Source of the DNA: an uncultured Chloroflexia bacterium
GTDB taxonomy: Bacteria > Chloroflexota > Limnocylindria > Limnocylindrales > CSP1-4
Assembly: GCA_963713795.1 (NCBI GenBank)
Contig: CAVQNC010000015.1
Span: forward strand, 124,892 to 188,891
DNA length: 64,000 nucleotides
Reading direction: 5' to 3'
In this document: piece after piece, positions 47,066 through 56,922 of the stretch
Layout: each line of letters starts with the position of its first letter
How positions within the stretch are numbered: the first letter of the stretch is position 1
The notes under the pieces: generated by a model
Databases searched by the model: none
What the model was told of the DNA's origin: nothing
Seen by the model: the letters and a program-made list of their open reading frames with translations, nothing else
Position numbers and translations under genes: made by a program

Positions 47066-49132
47066 CCAGGGCTCCGCTCCCGGGCCGGATCCTCATCCCC
47101 GTGGCGAACCCGTCGACCGCCCAGGAACTCGTCCGGCTGGGAGCGGCCCTGATGGACCGCAAGAACGGCAGCCTGACGGTCCTGGGCATCGTCGAAGTTC
47201 CCGAGGGCACGCCTCTGTCGGATGGCGCGACCCGGGCCAGGCACGCCCGGCGTCTCTTGCAGCGCGTTCTCGACTACGCGCCCGAAGGGGTGTCGATACA
47301 CCCGATCGTCAGAATCGGGCGGCGGGCAGCCGAAGGGGTGGTCGAGGCCGCGACCGAGATGGACGCCGACCTCATCATCTTCGGCTGGGGCGGCAAGCCT
47401 TCGGCGACCAGGCCCGGCATGGAGCCGCCGGTCTTCAGCTCGACGATCGACGAGGTCGTGCGCGACTCGCCCTGCGACATCGCGGTGGTCAAGCAGGGCG
47501 GCGCCATCGAGTTGAGCCGGATTCTGGTACCGATCCGAGGCGGCCCGCACGCCGAGATGGCCCTCCACGTCGCCGACGCGCTGGCCCGTCACGGCGGCGG
47601 CACAGCCATCGCTCTGCACGTCGTTCCGCCCGGGATCACCGAGGGCATCCGGGCCCAGGCGGAACGGGCCCTGGCTCGCTTCATCCGGCAGCACGCCACC
47701 AGTCACGTCGAACAGCGGGTTCTCGAGGCGGTCAACGTCCGCAACGCGATCCTCAGGGAGGCCGACGACGTCGACGTGGTGGTCATGGGGGCCGCGGCCG
47801 TACCGTCGACGGACGGCGGAGAGACGTACCTCTTCGGGGCGCTGCCGGAAGCCGTTGCCGCAAGGTCAAAGAAGACCGTGATCGTCGTCAAGACGCGCGA
47901 AGCGATCGGCGAGGCAACCTTCGATCGGCTCGAGAAGCGGGCCGAAATCGCTGGCCGCCGCGGAGAGAGCGGCCAGCGATTCCCGCGCCGTCCCGCTCCG
48001 CGTAGAGCGCTGGTTCGGCGAATCCAACTTCCACCATCGCGAGTTCGGCGATCTCGACAGGCTGGTTCACCTCAAGGAGCAGGCCGGCCTGACCGTCAGC
48101 CTGGTCCTGCCGGCGCTCAACGAAGCGGCGACGATCGGCGCCATCGTGCGCCGGGCCCGGCGCGATCTGATGGAGCGTCATCCGCTCATCGACGAGCTGC
48201 TGGTCATGGACTCCGCCTCGGAAGACCGGACCAGGGAGATCGCCGCCGCCGAGGGCGCTCGAGTCGCCGTACATCCGCAGGTCCTGGCGCGCTACGGCAG
48301 CTACAGAGGCAAGGGCGAGGCACTCTGGAAGAGCCTCTACGAGACCAGCGGCGACATCGTCGTCTGGGCCGACACGGACGTCCGCGACTGGCATCCCCGG
48401 ATGGTCTACGGCACGATCGGCCCCCTCATTGCCGAGGAGCGGATCCAGTACGTAAAGGGCTACTACCAGCGGCCGATCGTCGAAGGTGGGGTGCTCAAGG
48501 AAGGCGGCGGCGGGCGGGTGACGGAACTCGTGGCCAGGCCGCTGATCAACCTGTTCTTCCCGGAGTTGTCGGGTCTGATCCAACCCCTCGCGGGCGAATA
48601 CGCCGGCCGCCGCAGCCTGCTCGAAACTATCCCGTTCTTCACGAGCTACGCGGTGGAGATCGGCCACCTGATCGACGTGGCCAGCCGGGTCGGGCTCGAA
48701 GGCCTCGGGCAGGTGGACCTGGAGAGACGCGTCCACCGCAACCAGGAACTCGAAGGTCTGTCACGGATGAGCTTCGTCATCCTTCAAGCAGTCATGAAAC
48801 GGCTGGAGGAGCGGGGCAAGACTCGACTCCTCGCGGAGGTCGGGTCGACGATGAAACTGCCTCGCTCCGGTCAGGGCCGGTTGAGCCTGGAGGTGATCGA
48901 GCTCGCGGACCACGAACGGCCGCCGATGATCCGCATCCCCGAGTACCTGGAGAAGCGGCGCAACGCGGGGACCGGCACCGGGACCGGGGCCGGGGCGACT
49001 GGGGCGGGCAGGCCTGGCGTTGCCGTAGATGGGCGCCGAAATGGCGCGGTCGTACCGCCGGGGGCCGGGGCAGTCGTGGCGCCCGGGGCCGGGGCAGTCG
49101 TGGCGCCCGCCGGGCCGAGAGGGGAAGCGTGA
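47062..49132 (+). pseudogene. gpgS: USP-USP-glucosyl-3-phosphoglycerate synthase (GpgS-like) fusion interrupted by a 1-nt frameshift at 47945-47947 (assembly error or true lesion)
   Basis: Two USP domains (RILIPVANP..., RILVPIRGGPHA) in one frame. Removing one A from GAAA joins them to SLAAAERAA...VERWFGESNFHH..F...TVSLVLPALNE..TIG...GKGEALW.SL...D.D...GGGRVTELVARP...QPLAGEYAGRR...HRNQ. Confidence 0.8.
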
Positions 49133-50373
49133 GCGCTCGTGGCGAGGACCGGCTGCGCGTTCTCCTGGCCCCTGATTCGTTCAAGGGATCGCTCTCGTCG
49201 GTCGAGGTCGTCAGGGCGCTGGCGGAGGGCTGGGCGTGCGCCCGTCCGGACGACGAGCTGATCCGGGCCCCGCTTGCCGACGGGGGCGAGGGCACGCTCG
49301 CGGCCATCGCCGAAACGGGCGGCTGGGAGTGGCAGGAGTGCCCGGCCCACGATCCCCTCGGCAGGCCGCTGACGGCGCGCTGGCTCCGCTCCGTCGACGG
49401 CACGCGCGCGGCCGTGGAGCTGGCCGAGGCGTCGGGCCTGTCGCGCCTGCCGGACGGGGAACCGCGCAGTCCTCTGGCGGCCTCGACGCTGGGTACGGGA
49501 GAGGTCCTTGTGGCCGTCCTGGAAGCCGGCATTCGCCACGTGCTGCTGGGCGTGGGCGGCAGCGCCACGACGGATGGCGGCTCCGGGCTGCTCCACGCCC
49601 TGGGCGTCTGGTACCGCGGCAGCGCCGGCGGGCGACTGCCGGGGCCCATACCGGACCTCGCGGCCGTGGACCTGGCGGCCGTGGACCCGCGCCTGGCCGG
49701 GTTGGAGATGCGCATCGCCTGTGACGTGACGAACCCGCTGCTCGGCGAGCACGGCGCGGCCGCGGTCTACGCCCCGCAGAAAGGCGCATGGCCCGAGGAC
49801 GTTGTCGCGCTCGAGACCTGGCTGGCGCACTACGCCGATCTGCTCGAGATGGCGGCCGGAACACGGGCCCGGGACGTTCCGGGCGCGGGAGCCGCCGGCG
49901 GGACTAGCTTCGGGCTGCTCTGCCTAGCTCCCCGGATGCGCTCCTTCGAGCTGGTCCCCGGCATCGACGTCGTGATGCAGGAGACCGGCCTCGATGACCG
50001 ACTTGCCGGCGCCGACCTGGTCATCACCGGCGAGGGCCGCATCGACGAGCAGACGGCGTTCGGAAAGACGGCCCTTGGAGTGAGCCGGAGGGCGGCCGCC
50101 GCCGGGGTCCCATGCCTGGCGATAGGCGGCGGGGTCACGCCCGAGGGCATCGTGGCACTGGCAAGCGCCGGAGCGCTGGCGGTGCCTGTCCTCGATAGGC
50201 CGATGACGCTCGAAGACGCGATGAGCCAGGCCGGGCCTCTCGTGTCCGCGGCGGGCGAGCGGCTGGCTCGGATCGTCGAACTCGGAACCCTCGTCGGCGA
50301 ACGGCGATCGGGTCGAGTCGGCATCGGCGTGCCCCGGCCCCGCGAGACCGTCACCGGCGAGCCCATCTCGTGA
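49129..50373 (+). CDS. glxK: Glycerate kinase (GlxK/GarK family)
   Basis: LAPDSFKGSL, PLADGGEGT, GVGGSATTDGG, ACDVTNPLLG..GAA.VY.PQKGA, PGAGAAGG, ITGEGRID.QT.FGK; GTG overlaps the GpgS stop. Confidence 0.93.
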   Translation: MSARGEDRLRVLLAPDSFKGSLSSVEVVRALAEGWACARPDDELIRAPLADGGEGTLAAIAETGGWEWQECPAHDPLGRPLTARWLRSVDGTRAAVELAEASGLSRLPDGEPRSPLAASTLGTGEVLVAVLEAGIRHVLLGVGGSATTDGGSGLLHALGVWYRGSAGGRLPGPIPDLAAVDLAAVDPRLAGLEMRIACDVTNPLLGEHGAAAVYAPQKGAWPEDVVALETWLAHYADLLEMAAGTRARDVPGAGAAGGTSFGLLCLAPRMRSFELVPGIDVVMQETGLDDRLAGADLVITGEGRIDEQTAFGKTALGVSRRAAAAGVPCLAIGGGVTPEGIVALASAGALAVPVLDRPMTLEDAMSQAGPLVSAAGERLARIVELGTLVGERRSGRVGIGVPRPRETVTGEPIS

Positions 50374-51320
50374 CGCCGTCCGATGGTTCCGACGCGAGAG
50401 ACTCGACCTCGCGCCGGCCTCCCGCTCCCTCGCCGGCCGCCCGTTCCGGCAAGCAGGCCGCCCGTGCCGGCAAGCCGGCGGCGCGCGGCCGCCCCGCCTC
50501 CGGCCCGGCACGCAAACCCCGGCTCGATCCGGACGTGGTCGCTCGCAGGTGGGCCGCCCAGCTCGAGAAGAAACGCCCCGGACTGATCCCGTTCGTCCTG
50601 GATCGCCTGGCCGAGACGGCCGGCCGCCCGGTCTGGGCGCGCCGTCTCGATCCGACGGGAGAACTCGTCCTCACGATCCTCTCGCAGAACAGCGCCGACA
50701 CGAATGCCGAGGCGGCCTTCGCCGCCCTGCGAGCCGCCTATCCATCGGCGCCGGTGCCCCTGGGCGCGTCCGCCGAGCCGCGGCACTTCGCCGGCTGGGG
50801 CGGCCGGGGCCTGCCGGATCTGCCGCCGCCGGACTGGGCCGCCGTGGAAGCCGCCCCGATCGCGGAGCTGACCGACGTCATCCGGCCCGGCGGCCTGGCC
50901 AACCAGAAGGCGCCCCGCATCCAGGCGGCGCTCCGGGCCCTGGTTGCCAACGGCGGCGGCTACTCGCTCGAGTTCCTGGCCGAGAAGCCGCCGCTCGAGG
51001 CCCGCGACTGGCTCGCGGCCATCCCGGGGATCGGCAAGAAGACCGCCTCGGTGGTACTGCTCTTCAGCTTCGGCACACCGCTGATGCCGGTGGACCGCCA
51101 CGTCCATCGCGTCAGCAGCCGGATCGGCCTGATCCCGCCGACGGCGGACGCCGACGCGGCCCACGACTACTACCTGGCGATGCTCAGGCCGGACCAGATG
51201 TTCGAGGCGCACGTCTCGCTCATAGGCCACGGGCGCCGCACGTGCCACGCCCAGCGCCCCGACTGCGAGCATTGCCCGATCGCCCCTCGCTGCCGCTTCT
51301 TCGACCCGAAGGCGGAGTAG
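50370..51320 (+). CDS. nth: Endonuclease III family DNA glycosylase
   Basis: LVLTILSQN, IRPGGL...KA.RI, IPGIG.KTA HhH motif, PVDRHV.RV, C-X6-C-X2-C-X5-C Fe-S cluster. Confidence 0.9.
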   Translation: MTPSDGSDARDSTSRRPPAPSPAARSGKQAARAGKPAARGRPASGPARKPRLDPDVVARRWAAQLEKKRPGLIPFVLDRLAETAGRPVWARRLDPTGELVLTILSQNSADTNAEAAFAALRAAYPSAPVPLGASAEPRHFAGWGGRGLPDLPPPDWAAVEAAPIAELTDVIRPGGLANQKAPRIQAALRALVANGGGYSLEFLAEKPPLEARDWLAAIPGIGKKTASVVLLFSFGTPLMPVDRHVHRVSSRIGLIPPTADADAAHDYYLAMLRPDQMFEAHVSLIGHGRRTCHAQRPDCEHCPIAPRCRFFDPKAE

Positions 51321-51412
51321 CTCGCGGGCCTGCCACGGGGGCCGCGCCACGCCACGCCCGCACCTATACTCGCCACGATGTCACCGTGTCCTCGGCGGAG
51401 GCGAGCAACAGC

Positions 51413-52120
51413 ATGAACGAGCACCGGCCGCGGCGGATCCTGCTCGTCGACGACGACGCGAGCCTGCTGGTTGTCCTGTCGGAGCAGCTGCGCGACGACG
51501 GGTACGAGGTGGCAACCGCGCGCGACGGGGCGGAAGCGCTGCGCCGGCTCGAGGCCGGCTGGCCCGACCTGATCCTGCTCGACCTGATGATGCCGCGTAT
51601 CGACGGCCTGGCACTGGCGCGCCGAATCAAGTCCGAGGCGGACCTGCCGATCATCGTCCTCTCCGCCATCGACACGGCCGACAGCAAGGCCAGGCTGCTC
51701 GACGAAGTGGCCGAGGATTACGTCTCCAAGCCGTACCACTACCCCGAACTGCGGGCCAGGATCCAGCGCGTCCTGCGGCGGCTCGGTGATCGAATCCCGC
51801 GCCGCTCGCTGGCCTTGGGGACGAACCTCACCCTCGACCTGCACAGGCGGTCGGCGACCGTCGCCGGGGCCGAGGTCCGGCTGACGCCGACCGAGTCGCG
51901 GCTGCTGCAGGTTCTCGCGGCCAACCTGGGCGAGATAGTCAGCACCGAGACGCTGCTCTCGCGCGGCTGGGCCGACACCGAGGAGGCCGACCCTTCTTAC
52001 GTGTGGGTCTCCATGCGCCGACTGCGCCAGAAGATCGAGGTCGACCCGGACCGGCCGGTCCACCTGGTGACCGTTCGCGGCGTCGGCTATCGGCTCGTAG
52101 CGAGCGATGGCGATGTCTGA
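51413..52120 (+). CDS. OmpR-family response regulator
   Basis: ILLVDDD, LLDLMMP..DG, DYVSKPY, winged-helix LTPTE...LRQKIE.DP..P....TVRGVGY. Confidence 0.93.
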   Translation: MNEHRPRRILLVDDDASLLVVLSEQLRDDGYEVATARDGAEALRRLEAGWPDLILLDLMMPRIDGLALARRIKSEADLPIIVLSAIDTADSKARLLDEVAEDYVSKPYHYPELRARIQRVLRRLGDRIPRRSLALGTNLTLDLHRRSATVAGAEVRLTPTESRLLQVLAANLGEIVSTETLLSRGWADTEEADPSYVWVSMRRLRQKIEVDPDRPVHLVTVRGVGYRLVASDGDV

Positions 52121-53573
52121 CTTCCGGCCCGAGCACGAAGCCCCCCCGGGCCGGTCTTCGAGCGGCGGCACCGGCCCGTCGCTGCGTGTCGTCCTCACTG
52201 CCGGCCTCCTCGCGGCGGCGGTGCTGCCCCTGGCCGTCTTCGGCGCCATCCTGGTCGCGGCCCGGCTGTACACGGACGACAGGATCGTCGTTCCACTCCT
52301 GATCGCGGCGGTCGCGATCGCGGCCTTCTTCGGGCTGCTGGTGGCGGCAGTCGCCATCGCCGCTCTTACGACACCGCTTCGACGCATCACCACGGCAGTA
52401 GAGCGAGTCGCCGCCGGAGAGCCGAGCCCGCCGATTCACATCTCCGGCGACGACGAGCTGGCACGTTTGGCCGAGAGTCACAACCGCATCGCCGCGGAGG
52501 TCCAGCGGCGAAACCGAGCGCTTGGGACGCTGCTGGTGGCAATAGCCGGATACAGTCCGGCGTTGGGCCTTCGGACGCTCGCGTCGCAGGCCGAGTCGGA
52601 CGCGTGTTCCATCTACGGCCTGATCGACTGCAACGTCCACCTCGGCGATCCGGCCGACATCCTGCTCGAGGATGCCGTCCCGGGCGACCCCCTGCCGGTA
52701 AAGGCCGAGATCCGGGCCGGCGGCGAGTCACTGGGCGTCCTGACCGGGCATCTGCCCGCCACCCGGGCATGGGAGCGGGCCGATCAGGATCTGCTCGACC
52801 TCTTCGCCAGCGAGGTCGGCGTCGCCCTGCGCAACGTCGAACTGTTCGGCCAGATCGAGGATCAGAACGCCCGGCTGCTCGAGCTCGACGCGGCCAAGGA
52901 CGAATTCCTGCGCGGCGTCAGCCACAACCTCCAGACTCCCCTCACCAGCATCCGCGCCTACGTGGAGCAGCTTCGCGCCGCGTCGGACGAGGCCGCCCAG
53001 GACCACCGGCTCCAGATCGTCGCCGAGCAGGCCGATCGTCTGACTCGACTGGTCCGGCAGCTCCTGACGGTGACGCGTCTGGAGGCGGGAGCGCTGCGGC
53101 CCGAGGTCGAGGTCATCGCCATGGGGCCGCGCGTCCGGCGCGCCTGGGAAGGGCTCAACGCGGCCGGCACCGCCTTCGAGCTGCGTGACGAGTCGAGCGG
53201 CTGGCTTGCCGTGGCGGACCCCGACCAGCTCGACCAGGCGCTTTGGGCGCTGCTCGACAACGCCGTGAAGTACGGCGGCCGGAACGGCAAAGTCGAGGTG
53301 GAGATCACGATCGACGACACCATCGATCGGCTCCACGTCACGATCATCGACCACGGCCCGGGCGTGCCGGAGGCTGATCGCGCCAGGCTGTTCACACGCT
53401 TCTCCCGCGGGGCGGCGCAGACGAGCGGCGACGGCACCGGCTTGGGCCTGTACGTGTCGAAGCAGCTTCTTCGAACCATGGGCGGCGAGCTGTGGCTCGA
53501 GCCGGCCGGCGAGGGGCGAGGGGCCGCCTTCACGCTTTCTCTGCAGGGTGAGCCGCCCGGCGACGACGGCTGA
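52107..53573 (+). CDS. Sensor histidine kinase (2 TM, HAMP, GAF-like, HisKA, HATPase)
   Basis: DELARLAES HAMP, VSHNLQTPLTSI H-box, LLDNAVKY, DHGPGV, GTGLGL. Confidence 0.93.
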   Translation: MAMSDFRPEHEAPPGRSSSGGTGPSLRVVLTAGLLAAAVLPLAVFGAILVAARLYTDDRIVVPLLIAAVAIAAFFGLLVAAVAIAALTTPLRRITTAVERVAAGEPSPPIHISGDDELARLAESHNRIAAEVQRRNRALGTLLVAIAGYSPALGLRTLASQAESDACSIYGLIDCNVHLGDPADILLEDAVPGDPLPVKAEIRAGGESLGVLTGHLPATRAWERADQDLLDLFASEVGVALRNVELFGQIEDQNARLLELDAAKDEFLRGVSHNLQTPLTSIRAYVEQLRAASDEAAQDHRLQIVAEQADRLTRLVRQLLTVTRLEAGALRPEVEVIAMGPRVRRAWEGLNAAGTAFELRDESSGWLAVADPDQLDQALWALLDNAVKYGGRNGKVEVEITIDDTIDRLHVTIIDHGPGVPEADRARLFTRFSRGAAQTSGDGTGLGLYVSKQLLRTMGGELWLEPAGEGRGAAFTLSLQGEPPGDDG

Positions 53574-53689
53574 TCTGCCCGCGTGCCGCTACGCCTCGAC
53601 GACTGCCGGGTCAAGTCGCCCCGCAAACGCGCCGAATACTCCGGCAGATACCGGCGATTACATCCCGTTGAGGCTATGCGGACACAGAG

Positions 53690-54445
53690 ATGACACTGCG
53701 ACCCGGCTTGTTCGGTGGAGTTCGCCAGGGCGACGCGCGGATGCGCGACGCCGGATCGGCATTCGCCTTGAACTCCACCCGGCTCGGCTTCGACCCGGTC
53801 TGGGGGACGCTCGGCGCGCCCGGGCCGGACGAGGGCGAGCACTGGCTCGACCAGGAGGAGGCGAACGTCGGAGGCCTCTCCATCGGCGTGGACGTCTTCG
53901 GCAACGGATTCCAGATCTCCGGCCAGATCCGCACCGGTCAGTTCGACCGCCTCTCGGATTGGATCAACGTGCAGAGCGGCTTCATCCAGGTTCGGGATGC
54001 CCTGCTGGTCCACCTTGGCCAGGCGGACGGACCGGACCTCGACCAGCGCCGGGGCCTGCTGTGGGTCCGCCTCGACCAGGTAATCCTCGTGGCCGAGAGG
54101 TCGCGCGGCCAGTCGAGTGGACGGGGAGCGTTCGTCGTCCCGAAGCGGCGACGGAAGGTATCCGTGATCACCCCCGGCTACGACCTTCAGGGCAGCATCC
54201 ACGTCCATGCCGACGGATCGATGGCGCAGCTGCTGGAGCTGCCCGATCCCCACTTCCTGCCCATCACCGATTTGACCGTGCGCTGGCTGTCGAGTTCGAC
54301 TCTGGTCGCCCGCTTCCCATTCGCGCTCATCAATCGCGCCCAACTCGTGACGGTCCTCGCCCTGCCGGCCGTCGACAAGGCGAGCAGGGAACGGAGCGAG
54401 GCCGTTGACGAGAGGACCGTCGACGAGCGGTGGGGCGCGGCCTGA
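53690..54445 (+). CDS. Hypothetical protein with two tandem small beta domains (DUF6812-like)
   Basis: Two repeats of V.v.t..f.i.G.I.....R/.l...ln....Fi.v.D....(w/i)vn...v..V. Start may be ATG 53741. Confidence 0.6.
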   Translation: MTLRPGLFGGVRQGDARMRDAGSAFALNSTRLGFDPVWGTLGAPGPDEGEHWLDQEEANVGGLSIGVDVFGNGFQISGQIRTGQFDRLSDWINVQSGFIQVRDALLVHLGQADGPDLDQRRGLLWVRLDQVILVAERSRGQSSGRGAFVVPKRRRKVSVITPGYDLQGSIHVHADGSMAQLLELPDPHFLPITDLTVRWLSSSTLVARFPFALINRAQLVTVLALPAVDKASRERSEAVDERTVDERWGAA

Positions 54446-54472
54446 CCGTGGCGTCGCGCTGAGACCGTCGAG

Positions 54473-55288
54473 TCAGCGCGCGGGCTGAGTGGGCAGCTGG
54501 CGCCTGACCGCGACCACGCGCTCGAGGTCCAGGTCCGCGGTCACGACACCGGGCCCGTCCGGGGCCTGGGCGATGACGACACCCCAGGGATCTACGACCA
54601 TGCTGCGGCCGTGAGTCGGCACACCGCCGCCGATGCCGCACTGCGCCGGCGCAATCACGAAGGCGCCGTTCTCGATCGCCCGGGCCCGCAACAACACTTC
54701 CCAGTGGTCCCGGCCCGTGGCCTCGGTGAAGTTGGCCGGCACGGCCATGACGACCGCGCCCGCCGCCGCCAGCTCCCGGTACAGCTCCGGGAAGCGCAGG
54801 TCGAAGCAGATGCTCAGCCCCAGGCGCACGTCGACCTCCTCGGCGACGCCCTCCATCACCGCGACCGTGATCGAATCGCCCGGGGTGATCCGCGCCGACT
54901 CGCGGTCCGATGGTCCGTCCTCGATCGTCACGTCGAAGAGGTGGCGCTTCCGATACAGGGCGGCGATCTGACCGGCCGGGTCCAGCAGGACGGAGGTGTT
55001 GTAGGGACGCATGGGGTCGGCCGAGCGCTCGGCCAGGCTGCCCAGCAGGATCCAGCAGTCGAGATCACGGGCCAGCTCTGAGAACCGATCGGTAATTGGG
55101 CCGGGCAGATCGCCGGCCGACTCACGGAACCCCGCCACGGGACCCCGGTACTGGAACATCTCCGGCAGAGCGATCAGGCCGGGCCTGTTCTCTCCGGCCA
55201 GCCGGACCAGGGCCGCGGCGCGGTCGACGTTGGCGGCCATGTCGTGGTCTGCGGCCAGCTGGACCAGGGCGACTCTGAGTCTGCTCAT
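54473..55288 (-). CDS. Carbon-nitrogen hydrolase (Nit1/YbeM-like amidase)
   Basis: E-K-C triad in LPEMF, YRKRHLFDV and ICFDLRFPE; HWEVLLRARAIEN. Confidence 0.93.
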   Translation of the reverse strand: MSRLRVALVQLAADHDMAANVDRAAALVRLAGENRPGLIALPEMFQYRGPVAGFRESAGDLPGPITDRFSELARDLDCWILLGSLAERSADPMRPYNTSVLLDPAGQIAALYRKRHLFDVTIEDGPSDRESARITPGDSITVAVMEGVAEEVDVRLGLSICFDLRFPELYRELAAAGAVVMAVPANFTEATGRDHWEVLLRARAIENGAFVIAPAQCGIGGGVPTHGRSMVVDPWGVVIAQAPDGPGVVTADLDLERVVAVRRQLPTQPAR

Positions 55289-55369
55289 GCGTGCGCGACT
55301 CCCCGTGCGGCGGCTCCGGCAGATGCCGGCCCTGCGTGACGATGGTACGCTCCCGGGAAGGAGGCTTCC

Positions 55370-55936
55370 ATGACCACTCCAACCCGCGAGGATGCCTGGC
55401 GGCTACTGGCCGAGTGGACGCCGAGCGAGGCGCTGCGCAAGCACGGCCTGGCCGTCGAGGCTGCCGTTCGGTGGTACGCCGAGAACCGCTTCGGGATCGC
55501 GGAACCGGATCTCGAAACATGGTGCGCGGCCGGGCTGCTGCACGACTTCGACTACGAGCGCTTCCCGGAGACGCACCCCGTGCGCGGAGCCGAGGAGCTG
55601 CGGCGTCTCGGCTATCCGGACGAGGTCGTCGAGGCGGTGCTGGGCCACGGCGACCACACCGGCGTGCCGCGGGTCACCCCCCTGGCGAAGACGGTTTACG
55701 CGTGCGACGAGATGAGCGGCTTCGTCATCGCGGTGGCGTACGTCCGCCCCAACCGCAGCCTCGACGAGGTGGACCCACACGCCGTCGTCAAGAAGATGAA
55801 GGACAGGAGCTTCGCCCGACAGGTTCCGCGCGACCAGCTGGTGAAGGGCGCCGACGAGCTCGGCGTTCCGTTCGAAGAGCATGTCGCCAACGTCATCGAG
55901 GGGCTGAAGACGATTCGAGAGACGCTCGGCCTGTAG
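55370..55936 (+). CDS. HD/HDIG-domain hydrolase
   Basis: LRKHGLAVE, GLLHDFDYE, AV.GH, ACDEMSG..A...VRP, KKMKD.SFA..V.R; GGAGG RBS. Confidence 0.88.
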   Translation: MTTPTREDAWRLLAEWTPSEALRKHGLAVEAAVRWYAENRFGIAEPDLETWCAAGLLHDFDYERFPETHPVRGAEELRRLGYPDEVVEAVLGHGDHTGVPRVTPLAKTVYACDEMSGFVIAVAYVRPNRSLDEVDPHAVVKKMKDRSFARQVPRDQLVKGADELGVPFEEHVANVIEGLKTIRETLGL

Positions 55937-56145
55937 GGTCGTCGGCCGCCGATAGCGTGTGGCGAGGCCGTCCCTCGGCCGCTGGTGCCCGTCCGGTTCG
56001 TAGCCCGGCTGGTCCGTTGGCGTCGCGAGGCAGGCGCCACCACGTGTCCGTGCTCGCCGGCGTCAGTGCTCGCCGGTGTTCGTCGTCGCCGGTGTTCGTC
56101 GTCGCCGCCCGTCCGCCGTCACCGCCGGTCCCGGCGCCTCGCGGG

Positions 56146-56661
56146 TCAGGCCCGGTTCGACACGACCGGCACCCCCGGGAACGCCTGCGCTTCGTCGTCG
56201 CTCGCCCGGACCCAATCGAGCAGATCCCGGTTCACGATTAGAGTGCCGACGTCGCGCAGCTGCAGCGAGCCGCGGCAGGCGAAGCCGATCGTGGCGTCAG
56301 AAAGCGAGACCATCGGGCCCCGCAATTCGAGGTGCGGCAGCGGCAGCTGGCCGGCCTGCGAGTGGAGCAGACCCAGGACACTGTACGGCCCGAGCTGGAC
56401 TTGCAGGCGATGGTGGACGGTGTGGATGCGGCGGGTCGACTCGCCGCGCGCGCCGCCCGTCTCGACCGCGTAGAGGATGGAGCGGTCAATCTCGCCGTCG
56501 CCGAGATTGACGACGGTGTCGTCATCGAAGCTCTCGACGTAGGTCTGGCGGATCACGACCGATTCGGCCCGGTTGAGCACGTCCGTGAGCCGGTCGCCCT
56601 CGCACTCCACGTAGCCTATGAATCGGCGACTCTGGGCGTAGCCGACGAATGGGATGAGCAC
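56146..56661 (-). CDS. Hypothetical protein with two tandem small beta domains
   Basis: GGAGG RBS; F.G.v...gDRLTDVLN and V.lGPY.v.G.LH...LSDATI....LIVNR repeats resemble 53690-54445. Confidence 0.6.
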   Translation of the reverse strand: MLIPFVGYAQSRRFIGYVECEGDRLTDVLNRAESVVIRQTYVESFDDDTVVNLGDGEIDRSILYAVETGGARGESTRRIHTVHHRLQVQLGPYSVLGLLHSQAGQLPLPHLELRGPMVSLSDATIGFACRGSLQLRDVGTLIVNRDLLDWVRASDDEAQAFPGVPVVSNRA

Positions 56662-56922
56662 GCAGCCTCCATCGCTGACAAGACGGCCCTGTCGGACGCT
56701 CGATGACCGTGCCGGGAGGTTACCCCGTCGCGCTCAGCGGCATAGCCATACGTAAGTACGGGTGGCGCCTTCCAGCACCGCCCGGGTCACCGCGGCGGCA
56801 GCGGGGTCCTGCCCCCTCGAGGCTGCCGCCGATCCATGAGGCGGCGGCCGGGCTCCAGGCCGGAACTGCGCCGGATGAGGCGGCGGTTCTCGCGCCCGGC
56901 CCGGCCGGAGACCGCTCCGCGC

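Noticed and set aside
47062-50373. 1103-aa USP-glycerate kinase fusion
   Set aside because: The middle third is the off-frame reading of GpgS caused by the extra A at ~47946, and the kinase has its own GTG at 49129.
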